From assembly GCA_003345555.1 (NCBI GenBank), contig PRDJ01000001.1, positions 1-32,000 of the forward strand: a DNA stretch of 32,000 nt, read 5' to 3'. Positions 8,507 through 17,002 of the stretch are shown here, piece after piece. Origin of the DNA: Candidatus Thorarchaeota archaeon. Lineage in GTDB: Archaea; Asgardarchaeota; Thorarchaeia; Thorarchaeales; Thorarchaeaceae. The position numbers and the translations under genes are program-made. Below the pieces are notes generated by a model. The model had not been told where the DNA came from. It saw nothing but the letters and a program-made list of their open reading frames with translations, and searched no databases. The stretch's first letter is position 1; every line of letters begins with the position of its first letter.

Positions 8507-8604
8507 CCCATCAGGCAGGCTGGCCCTCTGACATGGCAGAGCGTCCCAGTGTTCCCTGACTGCGTCTGCTCACTTAGAACTATGACTAGGAACGGTCCCG
8601 CTGA

Positions 8605-9048
8605 ATGAGGCTCTTCATTGACTTCAATTATGTCTTCGTTTGGGCCCTTCTTGCGGTAGCCCTAGTCGTCATCATGCTTGCGGCATCATGGATACTCCGC
8701 CCTCACATTCTACAGAACTCAGACAAGACTTCCACGTACGAATGCGGCGAAGAGCCGATAGGTCCCGCAAGAGTCTCCTATCCTTACAGCTACTTCCTCT
8801 ACACCATTCTCTTTGTCATCGTTGATGTCATGGGCGCGTTCCTGTGGTTGCTCTCAGTGTCCCAGTTCAGAACTACAGAGGCAGCTGTCTGGCAGATGCT
8901 GTTCTTTGTACTGCTAATCACAGCCGGAATTGGTTTTGCCCTGCGAATGTTCCCGCAGACGATTCTCAGCGGGAAAGAAACCCTCAAGCTCTATAGAGAG
9001 GGAAAGGCGAGACGCGATTCTCAGAAGACGGAGGCGGCCCAGCAATGA
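8605..9048 (+). CDS. nuoA: Complex I-like subunit A (NuoA/FpoA)
   Basis: Three TM segments with the loop motif KTSTYECGEEP and YFLYTILFVIVDV. Confidence 0.9.
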   Translation: MRLFIDFNYVFVWALLAVALVVIMLAASWILRPHILQNSDKTSTYECGEEPIGPARVSYPYSYFLYTILFVIVDVMGAFLWLLSVSQFRTTEAAVWQMLFFVLLITAGIGFALRMFPQTILSGKETLKLYREGKARRDSQKTEAAQQ

Positions 9049-9701
9049 TGATGCAGGGTGCAGAGGTCTTGCTTGAACAGGCAGAGTTCATTGGCGTAGC
9101 TGTCATCGTTCTTGTTCTTGCCTATCTCGCGCTCGAACACAAGGAGATCACCTATGCTGTATTCTTCTTCGGATTCATGGCGGCAGCTGTGGCAGGTTTC
9201 TACCTTCTGCTTGAGGCGCCTTTCTTGGTAGGATTGCAGATAGCTGTCTACACGGGAGGGATAAGTGCCCTGATCATATTCGGTGTCCTCCTCCTTCCTC
9301 GTGCTCAGGACTCCTCGCTGGAAATCTTTCAAACTGCCCGAAGGCGAAGGTTTGGGCTGCTTCTTTCAGGTGCCGTCATGTTACTCTCTGCAATTCTAGC
9401 GTTCTTCTATCCTTGGTCTGACCTACCCCCAGTGAGCCCTCCTGAATTAGCTCAAAGCCTTCAAGGGTTGGCCGCTTGGCTCTGGAGCGGTCATGGGATT
9501 TACGTCGAGATGGTTGCACTGATCATGCTTACTGCCCTTGTCGGGTCCGTTGCCATTCTGAAGATGATGAAGGCGGAAGAACTTCGTCCCTTGACCACAG
9601 AGTCTCATCCAGAGTCTGCGGGAAAGAAGGATGAATCCGGTTCCTCGTCTGCACCCCAAACTGAGACCGGAGAAGGAGCGAAGGAGGCTGGCCCCGAGTG
9701 A
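9045..9701 (+). CDS. nuoJ: Complex I-like subunit J (NuoJ/FpoJ)
   Basis: LQIAVYTGGISALIIFGVLL (NuoJ QxxVYxG motif); five TM segments; ATGA overlap with nuoA. Confidence 0.88.
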   Translation: MMMQGAEVLLEQAEFIGVAVIVLVLAYLALEHKEITYAVFFFGFMAAAVAGFYLLLEAPFLVGLQIAVYTGGISALIIFGVLLLPRAQDSSLEIFQTARRRRFGLLLSGAVMLLSAILAFFYPWSDLPPVSPPELAQSLQGLAAWLWSGHGIYVEMVALIMLTALVGSVAILKMMKAEELRPLTTESHPESAGKKDESGSSSAPQTETGEGAKEAGPE

Positions 9702-10018
9702 TTCCCTTGAGCTGGTACCTAATCGTGGCATTCATGCTCATTGGTCTTGGAGCCTATGGAATGATAACCAAGAGGAACTTGATTCGAATAATCATAGGCG
9801 CTGAGATAATGGCCAATGGAGTTAACATAGCGTTGGTTGCGTTTTCAGTTTACACCGAAGTCTTCACCTTCACTGGCCAATCTCTTGTCATCATCGTAAT
9901 AGCAGTGACAGCTGCTCATACGGCACTGGCAATGGCGCTCATGCTGATGTACAACGCGCGATATTCCACGGTGGACCTTGGAGAGCCGGTTGTTTCGGAG
10001 GGACGAAGGCATGAGTGA
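9698..10018 (+). CDS. nuoK: Complex I-like subunit K (NuoK/FpoK)
   Basis: GMITKRNLIRIIIGAEIMANGVNIALVAFS; three TM segments; GTGA overlap; GGAGG RBS upstream. Confidence 0.9.
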   Translation: MIPLSWYLIVAFMLIGLGAYGMITKRNLIRIIIGAEIMANGVNIALVAFSVYTEVFTFTGQSLVIIVIAVTAAHTALAMALMLMYNARYSTVDLGEPVVSEGRRHE

Positions 10019-10544
10019 GCCAGATATCTATCTCACAACGGTGTCACCCTCGGCGGTTGCTCAGGCAGTGAGAAGCAAATGTCCAGATGTCACGCAGAAG
10101 AGTATGCAGGGGAACCGTCTAGAGCTGATTGTTCCGCCCTCAAGAATCCGGGATGTCGTGGGCCTGCTTAACGAACTGATTTCTGACGCTCTTCCAGAGT
10201 CCGTCTTTGGCATCGACCTTCAGAATGACCGATACGAACTGATCTATGTGTTTTGGTCCCACCTCAACAGAATGCTGTGCCAGCTTCGTGTGAGTCTGGA
10301 AGGTACCGTACCCGAGGTCGACTCTGTCTGTGACATATTCCCGGGATTGGAGTGGCACGAACGCGAGACCCATGAGATGTTCGGCATAGGTTTCAAGGGC
10401 CATCCCGACCTGAGATTGCTTTTGCTCCCGGAGGAGCTGAGCGGCAAGTACCCGCTTCGAAAGAGATTCAAAACTGACAGAAGCCGATTGAGCGAAACTG
10501 GATTGCCCGAAGCTAGGCCAGGTTCAAAGGAGGCCGAAACGTAG
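10011..10544 (+). CDS. nuoC: Complex I-like subunit C (NuoC/FpoC)
   Basis: WHERETHEMFGIGFKGHPDLRLLLLPEE...YPLRK motif. ATG 10011 overlaps the nuoK stop by 8 nt. Confidence 0.92.
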   Translation: MSEPDIYLTTVSPSAVAQAVRSKCPDVTQKSMQGNRLELIVPPSRIRDVVGLLNELISDALPESVFGIDLQNDRYELIYVFWSHLNRMLCQLRVSLEGTVPEVDSVCDIFPGLEWHERETHEMFGIGFKGHPDLRLLLLPEELSGKYPLRKRFKTDRSRLSETGLPEARPGSKEAET

Positions 10545-11680
10545 TGTGCCCTGAGATTGTTGATGAGGCAGCTCAGGTCTGGTTCGGACCCCAGCACGTA
10601 TCGGCTCATGGGTGGGCTACGAAGCTCACAATCGTCGGGGACTACATTGTTGAATGCGATCCGAATGCAGGTTACTTTCACCGCTCGGCGGAGAAGTGCC
10701 TTGAGTTCAGGAACTTCCAGCAGGGCGCACTGATTATGGAACGGCTCTGTATGCTTGAGGCTTTCCTTGCAGAGTATCCTTACGTCAAGGCAGTTGAACA
10801 AATCGCCCAGCTTGATGTGCCAGAGCGAGCAAGGGTGATGAGAACTATAATGATGGAGGCGAGCAGGATTCACAGCCTCCAATTCTGGTGGGGTCAATTC
10901 GGGGCCGAGCTGGGCCTCTTTGCAATGACGCTCTGGCCTTGGGTCGATCGTGAGTATTTCCTCGATGCATTTGAAGAGCTGACCGGTTCTCGACATGCAG
11001 TCTCCTACAGCGCACCTGGTGGCGTCAAGTACGACTTCAACGAGAAGTCTATCAAGATGCTGGAGCGGGCTCTGGATAGGCTTGAGGATCGGCTTCCAAA
11101 GTTTCGTGACATGATTCTGAGAAGCCCCACTTTCAAGTTGCGAACCAAGAAGATTGGACTGTTTGACGCAGCACAGGGTTTGAAGTGGGGGTTGAGTGGG
11201 CCGAACATAAAGGCGTGTGGCATCCCGATGGATTTGCGAAAGGACGACCCCGACCCGAATCTCGCGTACGAGATGTGTGACTGGGAAGTGCCAGTGACGA
11301 CCAATGAGGATCATCCGGGTCAATGCGATGCCTATGACAGGATGTCGCAACGGTTCAAGGAAATCGAGACCTCAGCCAGTATCATCCGTCAACTGCTGCC
11401 TCAAGTGCCTGAAGGTCCTATCATAGACCCCAAAGCCCGCGCGAAGGCAAACAGGCTGCCCGAGGGAGAGGCATACGGTCGTGTCGAGGGCACAAGGGGA
11501 GTAACAACGCTCTTTCTCAAGACTGCTGACAAGGCTCAGACTCCTTACAGAGCAAAGATACGCGGCCCATGTTTCGCCTCGTACTACTCGTTGAAGCATT
11601 TGGTTCCTGGATCGACATTCGCTGACTTCGTCGTAATATTCGGCAGCCTCGACCCATACCCGGGGTGGTGGGATCGCTGA
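10544..11680 (+). CDS. nuoD: Complex I-like subunit D (NuoD/FpoD/MbsL family; not a [NiFe] hydrogenase large subunit)
   Basis: FGPQHVSAHG, GYFHRSAEK, RVEGTRG and YRAKIRGPCF motifs, ending GSLDPYPGWWDR. Both NiFe CxxC motifs are absent. Confidence 0.9.
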   Translation: MCPEIVDEAAQVWFGPQHVSAHGWATKLTIVGDYIVECDPNAGYFHRSAEKCLEFRNFQQGALIMERLCMLEAFLAEYPYVKAVEQIAQLDVPERARVMRTIMMEASRIHSLQFWWGQFGAELGLFAMTLWPWVDREYFLDAFEELTGSRHAVSYSAPGGVKYDFNEKSIKMLERALDRLEDRLPKFRDMILRSPTFKLRTKKIGLFDAAQGLKWGLSGPNIKACGIPMDLRKDDPDPNLAYEMCDWEVPVTTNEDHPGQCDAYDRMSQRFKEIETSASIIRQLLPQVPEGPIIDPKARAKANRLPEGEAYGRVEGTRGVTTLFLKTADKAQTPYRAKIRGPCFASYYSLKHLVPGSTFADFVVIFGSLDPYPGWWDR

Positions 11681-12822
11681 TGGGGGTCGGCACGATTCTT
11701 CAGATAGACATCGTGGGCTGGCTGAGCGGACTGCCCTCCTGGATTTACCTCGTAATCAGCGGGCTGTTCAGCCTTGTCTGGGCCTTCTTCAACTGGATAT
11801 GGAGCATTGTCGTCTGGTTCTGGGCACTGGCTATTTCCCAAATATGGTGGCTGTTCAAGGCCATAGTATTCCCGGGGTTAGTCTTCATACTGTTCTCCAT
11901 CATCTTCTCCGTGTGGTTCACGAGAAAGGTATGGGGCCGAGTGCAAGCAAGACGGGGTCCGTTTCACCTCGGTAAGTACGGGGGCCTCCAGGTATTCGCA
12001 GACGCGATAAAGCTAATTGGAAAAGAAATCGTGATACCTGACAAAGCCAAGCGATGGATGTACAGAATACTTCCATCTCTGCTACTTATCGCAGTTCTCG
12101 TTCCATTTGCGTTTATTCCATGGAGCAACGAATGGTATATCGCGGATCTCTCAGTGAGCCTAATAGTAACGTTTGCATTTCTTACAGTTGTTCCTGTGGT
12201 ATCTCTGCTTTCGGGCTGGATTAGCGGATCGAAGTACACACTCATTGGTGGCTTCAGGGCAGCTAACAATCAATTCGCTGCCGAGATACCCTTGATCATT
12301 TCCTCTGTTGGTCCTGCGATGCTTGCCGGCTCGCTAAGCATCATGGGCATTTCACAAGCTCAGTCAAGTCTTTGGTACTTTCTTCTGCTTCCTGTAAACT
12401 GCGTGACATTCATGGTGAGTGCTACCGTGATAACTGCGCTCGTGCCTTTCGATGCCCCGGTCGCAGACTCGGAGATTCTGTTTGGCTGGAGGACCGAGTT
12501 CAGCGGCATATACTTCACCATGACCTATTTTGCAGAGTTCGCTAAGCAGTTGCTGTTCTCCGGTCTCATAGTAGCTCTGTTCTTCGGAGGTTCATACGGC
12601 TTTGCATTCATGCCTCCTGTCCTGAACTTCATCTTCAAGTTCCTAATCGTTCTCTTCTTCATGATCTTGGTGACATCATCATTCTACAGGATGAGACAGG
12701 ATCAGGTCACTCACTTCTGCTGGAAGTATCTTCTGCCGTTGTCTCTGCTCAACGTTGTCATTGCGATGTTTGCGATTGTGTATGTCCCGGGATTGGCACA
12801 GCTGCTGGGAATCGGAGGTTGA
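11680..12822 (+). CDS. nuoH: Complex I-like subunit H (NuoH/FpoH) with a Trp-rich N-terminal extension
   Basis: RVQARRGP...GGLQVFADAIKLIGKE, SKYTLIGGFR and PFD....SEI..G..TEFSG motifs; TGATG overlap with nuoD. Confidence 0.9.
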   Translation: MGVGTILQIDIVGWLSGLPSWIYLVISGLFSLVWAFFNWIWSIVVWFWALAISQIWWLFKAIVFPGLVFILFSIIFSVWFTRKVWGRVQARRGPFHLGKYGGLQVFADAIKLIGKEIVIPDKAKRWMYRILPSLLLIAVLVPFAFIPWSNEWYIADLSVSLIVTFAFLTVVPVVSLLSGWISGSKYTLIGGFRAANNQFAAEIPLIISSVGPAMLAGSLSIMGISQAQSSLWYFLLLPVNCVTFMVSATVITALVPFDAPVADSEILFGWRTEFSGIYFTMTYFAEFAKQLLFSGLIVALFFGGSYGFAFMPPVLNFIFKFLIVLFFMILVTSSFYRMRQDQVTHFCWKYLLPLSLLNVVIAMFAIVYVPGLAQLLGIGG

Positions 12823-12829
12823 TGAAAGG

Positions 12830-13261
12830 ATGGGTTTCTTTAGCACGCTCGGTGACATATTCAGGGTACTGCGTCATACATTCCGTCAGACGATGACTCG
12901 ACCTTTCACCTACTTCTATCCATTTGAAGACCGGTACTATCCAGACACCACGAGGGGCAGACATATTCACATCAGGAAGAACTGCACGGCGTGCGCACAG
13001 TGTGTGAAAGCTTGTCCTACGATCGCGATAAGAATCGACAAGCAGGACCGCATGTACGAGAAGGATGCCGCCCTGCACTTTGATTATACACGCTGCATAT
13101 TCTGCGGTCTCTGTGTTCAGGCATGCAAGTTCAATGCACTCTTCCACACCAAAATTGTTGATCTCAGTGAAGAAACGAGAGAAGACCTGCAATACGGTCC
13201 TGACAGAATGGGCACACTCGAAAGGAAACCCCTCAAGTGGCGCGGGAGGACATTCAGGTAA
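12830..13261 (+). CDS. nuoI: Complex I-like subunit I (NuoI/FpoI), 2x[4Fe-4S]
   Basis: CTACAQCVKACP and CIFCGLCVQAC motifs; TRGRH and FDYTRC; GGAGGT RBS. Confidence 0.93.
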   Translation: MGFFSTLGDIFRVLRHTFRQTMTRPFTYFYPFEDRYYPDTTRGRHIHIRKNCTACAQCVKACPTIAIRIDKQDRMYEKDAALHFDYTRCIFCGLCVQACKFNALFHTKIVDLSEETREDLQYGPDRMGTLERKPLKWRGRTFR

Positions 13262-14775
13262 TGCAGGTCGTACAACTCCCATTCATGACGATTTCGCTTG
13301 CCATGTTGTTCTTTGGTGCGTTGGCTATCTATTTGCTGAAGAGCAGGCTGGGTGCGGGGGCAGGTAAAGCAGCAGCGGCTATATCATTCGCTTCCCTTGT
13401 GTTGATGATTCCGCCATTCTTCCGAGTTGTGGTGGAAGGCGGGCCTGCGATGGAGTCCGCAACTTGGTCCCAAGTGTTCGGCAGAGTCGGTCTCTACCTT
13501 GATGGCATCGCGTTTCCGATTACATTCGCAGTTGTGGTTCTTGGATTCCTGTCGGTGGTCTATGCCATCGGGTACACTCGAGAGATTCCGAACCAGCCAT
13601 CATTCTTTGCGAACCAGCTATTTTTCATCATGGGGATGCAATGGGTGACATTGGCCACGAATGTCATAGAGTTCTTCATAGCATGGGAGATCATGCTTGT
13701 CCCCACGTACTTCCTGATCCTGTTCTGGGGATTGCCCGAGACCAAGAAGCGCACTGCATTGAAGTTCTGGTTATACACACAGTCCGGCGCATTATGTATC
13801 TTCGTGGGATTCGGTCTACTGTACTATTTCGTAGGCTCATTCGAGCTCTCGGTCATCCAATCACTCCTGCCCACGTACGTGGGCTCGATTGACACTCTGA
13901 AGCTCATCTTTGTCTTGCTCGCCGCAGGGTTCCTCGTCAAGATGGCTGTCTTTCCTATTCACTGGTGGCTGCCCCCAGTCCATGCTGAGGCCCCAACACC
14001 AATCTCCGTTCTACTCTCAGGCGCAATGATTGAGACCGGTGCTTATGCCTTGGTCAGGTTTGGAACAATCATACTAGGAATTGCCGCTTCATCTCTTTCT
14101 GTATGGATTGCTGCAATTGGAGTAGTCACTATGTTCTACGGAGGCCTGATGGCACTGGCCCAGTCAGATATCAAGAGGTTACTTGCGTACTCATCTGTCT
14201 CCCAAATGGGCTATGTTCTCTTTGCGCTTGGCACATTCGCAACTTATGGTGTGTCGGGTGGCCTGTTTCATCTTATCAATCATGCATTCTCAAAGGGCCT
14301 CCTATTCATGACAGCAGGGGTCGTCATTCACGAGACGAAGGTGAGAGACATTGCTCAGCTGGGCGGGTTGTCGAACAAGATGCCAATCACAGCATTCGCC
14401 GCTGCTGTGGGGGCGCTGAGCATCGCAGGGAGTCCTCCGTTGTCGGGCTTCGCCAGCGAATGGATGATGTTCCTCGGAGGATTCCAAGCGGCACTGCCCG
14501 GTGCAGGTGGTTTGGCCCGACCCGAGTTCTTTGTTCTAGCCGTGCTTGGAGTATCAAGCACAATCATCAGCGCTGGGTATATGCTGAGATATCTGTGGAA
14601 AGTCTTCTTGGGACCGACACCGGAGAGCCTTGAGCACGTGAGAGAAGGACCTAGGTCAATGACCGTCCCCATGGTGACTCTGTCGTGCCTTATAGTCCTG
14701 TTCGGAATATTCCCGGGGCTTGCGCTTTCTGTGATAAGCCCGGCGGTGAACGCTATAGCTAACATAATTCCTTGA
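13261..14775 (+). CDS. Additional (fourth) proton-translocating antiporter-like subunit, HyfB/MrpD/NuoM-like
   Basis: AWEIMLVP, VKMAVFPIHWWLPPVHAEAPTPIS, DIKRLLAYSSVSQMGY, HLINHAFSKGLLF and PPLSGFASEW motifs. About 504 aa. TAATG coupling to nuoI. Confidence 0.9.
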   Translation: MQVVQLPFMTISLAMLFFGALAIYLLKSRLGAGAGKAAAAISFASLVLMIPPFFRVVVEGGPAMESATWSQVFGRVGLYLDGIAFPITFAVVVLGFLSVVYAIGYTREIPNQPSFFANQLFFIMGMQWVTLATNVIEFFIAWEIMLVPTYFLILFWGLPETKKRTALKFWLYTQSGALCIFVGFGLLYYFVGSFELSVIQSLLPTYVGSIDTLKLIFVLLAAGFLVKMAVFPIHWWLPPVHAEAPTPISVLLSGAMIETGAYALVRFGTIILGIAASSLSVWIAAIGVVTMFYGGLMALAQSDIKRLLAYSSVSQMGYVLFALGTFATYGVSGGLFHLINHAFSKGLLFMTAGVVIHETKVRDIAQLGGLSNKMPITAFAAAVGALSIAGSPPLSGFASEWMMFLGGFQAALPGAGGLARPEFFVLAVLGVSSTIISAGYMLRYLWKVFLGPTPESLEHVREGPRSMTVPMVTLSCLIVLFGIFPGLALSVISPAVNAIANIIP

Positions 14776-14785
14776 GGTGCGCCAG

Positions 14786-17002
14786 ATGCTGTTCGGACTA
14801 CCCTACTATCTGATTCTCGTCATTCCGCTGGCAGGTTCACTGGTTGTTCCTCTCGCTGGCCGCTTCAGTGAAAAGCTGAGAGACTGGACGCCCGCTTTAC
14901 TCATGGGCATTACGATGATTTTGTGCTGGTCTCTCTTCCCAGACATCGGTAGTCCTCAGGGGCCCACGAGTTGGCCTTGGATTGAGGCGTTGGGCCTTCG
15001 TTTCGAAGTCCTGCTGGATCCTCTGTCCGTCATCATGGCAGTTCTTTCGAGTACGCTATGCTTCCTGATCTACGTTTACAGCACGGAATACATGGCTCAC
15101 GAAGGAGATCGTGACAGGTTCTTCTTCCTAATGCTTGCTTTCGGGGGCGGCATGCTGACCCTTGTGCTCAGCAACAACCTTCTGATTGCATTCATCGGGT
15201 GGGAGATAATGGGCTTCTGTTCCTATGGTCTCATCGGTTTCTGGAACGATAGGAAGAACCCACCCGAGACCGACCCGACTGGTATTGAATCAAAGAATCC
15301 ACTGCTCCGCTTCGAAACAGAAGGTCAGTACAACACTCACTGCGGAACAAAGGCATTCGTCGTAACGAGAGTCGGGGACGCCTTCATGCTCGGAGGAATT
15401 CTCCTTCTGTTCATGTTCACCGGCACCTTCTCATTTACAGAGATGGCTGCCGATGCTCAAAGCTGGTGGCAGATTCTCTCTTCTGTTGGACTGCTATTCC
15501 CGACCTTTCTTCTCATATTCGCAGGTGCCATTGGAAAGTCAGGACAAGCTCCTCTCGACGTCTGGCTTCCCGAAGCAATGGCCGGACCAACGTCGGTCTC
15601 AGCACTGATTCACGCAGCAACCATGGTCAAGGCTGGGATATACATCACGGCTCGTTTTCTGGTCACCATGGCAAGCGCTGCAGACTCCGGAGTCGTTCCC
15701 GAGATTCTGCCTCCGTCTTTCGACTCCGCTGCGTCGTTCTTTACAGTTGTTGCCATAGTCGGGGGCGTTACAGCATTCATGACGGCTACCATGGGAATGG
15801 TTTCCAATGAGCTGAAGCAGGTTCTGGCGTTCTCGACTTTGAGTCAGCTCGGATACATGATGCTAGCGATGGGCACAGGGGGGCTACTCATCAGCTATCA
15901 GGAAGCATACATGAGCGGGATTCTGCACATCATAAGTCACGGAGCTTTCAAGGCTCTTCTCTTTCTTGCGGCGGGCGGAGTCATTCACGTTGTTCACACG
16001 AAGTACCTCAGCAAGATGGGCGGCCTCAAGCAGTACATGCCCAAAACATTCATTGTAATGTGGATTGGTGTGCTTGCTCTTTCAGGCATTCCGCCGTTCT
16101 CAGGTTTCTGGTCGAAGGATTCGATAATCGAGTACGCATATGACCTCGCGCTCCACAATGATGTTGGTATCTTCCTCTTCATTCTGGCTATTCTTGCAGC
16201 AGCTTGTACAATCTTCTACAGCATAAGGCTCATGGGGATGGCTTTCTATGGGCCTTCACGCGGCGTCGCATCAACCGAGGATATGAGTGCCTCACTAGGT
16301 CACGAGTCTCACGGGCACTCGGAGCAAGAACCGCATACCGAGCATGAGGAGCCGCATGACCCCGGCCGGGCAATGATGTGCCCTCTATACATTCTCGCTG
16401 CTTTCACAATCGTAGCCTTTGCTGTCTTTCCGTTTGTTGAGGCCGTGCTGTTCAGCGAAGGTCCTATGACAGTATCAGTGTGGACAAGCGTTCTCACAGA
16501 GATGGTGCTTGTGAAACTGACAATGCCGGGATTGGTGCCTTTCGTGTTCACATTGGGGGCATTGGCCTTGGGAGGAATTCCGGCCTATATTCTTTACATT
16601 GGACGGTCGGACCGGCCGAATACGGCGATACCCGATGCCGGGATCAGGAAGCGGCTATACGGTTTTCTCAAGCATCGTTGGTACATCAATGAATTCTACT
16701 ATTGGATTGTCGGTGGCGTTCTCAGATTCACGAGTTCTTGGAAGTCGAAGATAGATGACCGTATCATAGACGGCATTGATTTCGGCTCGGCTCGTACGGC
16801 AATCTCGGCGTCCAAGCGAATAAGATGGTTTGACGATCACATAGTTGATGGATTTGCAGAGGAGATATCGACGGCAAGCGTCGCTGCGTCAGAGTCGAGC
16901 GAGGTAATCGAGACCGGAAGAGTCAACGACTATGTGGCTGTTCTCATGTTCGGTGTCGGAGTTCTGGTTATTCTTGCTTTGATTTCCTTGGGGGTGATCT
17001 AG
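14786..17002 (+). CDS. nuoL: Complex I-like subunit L (NuoL/FpoL) with an extended transverse helix
   Basis: GWEIMGFCSYGLIGFW, KAFVVTRVGD, GKSGQAPLDVWLPEAMAGPTSVSALIHAATMV, FSTLSQLGY, HGAFKALLF and GFWSKD motifs; His-rich loop; C-terminal HL helix plus TM16. ATG 14786 follows a GAGGTG RBS (GTG 14777 is an alternative). Confidence 0.95.
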   Translation: MLFGLPYYLILVIPLAGSLVVPLAGRFSEKLRDWTPALLMGITMILCWSLFPDIGSPQGPTSWPWIEALGLRFEVLLDPLSVIMAVLSSTLCFLIYVYSTEYMAHEGDRDRFFFLMLAFGGGMLTLVLSNNLLIAFIGWEIMGFCSYGLIGFWNDRKNPPETDPTGIESKNPLLRFETEGQYNTHCGTKAFVVTRVGDAFMLGGILLLFMFTGTFSFTEMAADAQSWWQILSSVGLLFPTFLLIFAGAIGKSGQAPLDVWLPEAMAGPTSVSALIHAATMVKAGIYITARFLVTMASAADSGVVPEILPPSFDSAASFFTVVAIVGGVTAFMTATMGMVSNELKQVLAFSTLSQLGYMMLAMGTGGLLISYQEAYMSGILHIISHGAFKALLFLAAGGVIHVVHTKYLSKMGGLKQYMPKTFIVMWIGVLALSGIPPFSGFWSKDSIIEYAYDLALHNDVGIFLFILAILAAACTIFYSIRLMGMAFYGPSRGVASTEDMSASLGHESHGHSEQEPHTEHEEPHDPGRAMMCPLYILAAFTIVAFAVFPFVEAVLFSEGPMTVSVWTSVLTEMVLVKLTMPGLVPFVFTLGALALGGIPAYILYIGRSDRPNTAIPDAGIRKRLYGFLKHRWYINEFYYWIVGGVLRFTSSWKSKIDDRIIDGIDFGSARTAISASKRIRWFDDHIVDGFAEEISTASVAASESSEVIETGRVNDYVAVLMFGVGVLVILALISLGVI
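16751..16906 (+). repeat. Degenerate 26-codon tandem duplication inside the NuoL amphipathic helix
   Basis: IDDRIIDG at 16751 and FDDHIVDG at 16829 are exactly 78 nt apart; the two units share 7/26 identities plus I/V and I/F conservative pairs. Confidence 0.75.

Noticed and set aside
10244-11350. 368-aa antisense ORF
   Set aside because: It lies entirely opposite nuoC/nuoD and has no recognisable motifs; a shadow ORF from codon usage.
10544-11680. Group 4 [NiFe] hydrogenase / formate hydrogenlyase interpretation of the operon
   Set aside because: The large subunit lacks both CxxC motifs (RLCMLE; DPYPGW), the small subunit has tandem CC as in complex I, and no maturation protease or hyp genes are present.
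16261-16360. His/Glu-rich loop in NuoL (GHESHGHSEQEPHTEHEEPH) as a novel metal-binding domain
   Set aside because: His-rich low-complexity loops at this position are common in NuoL proteins.
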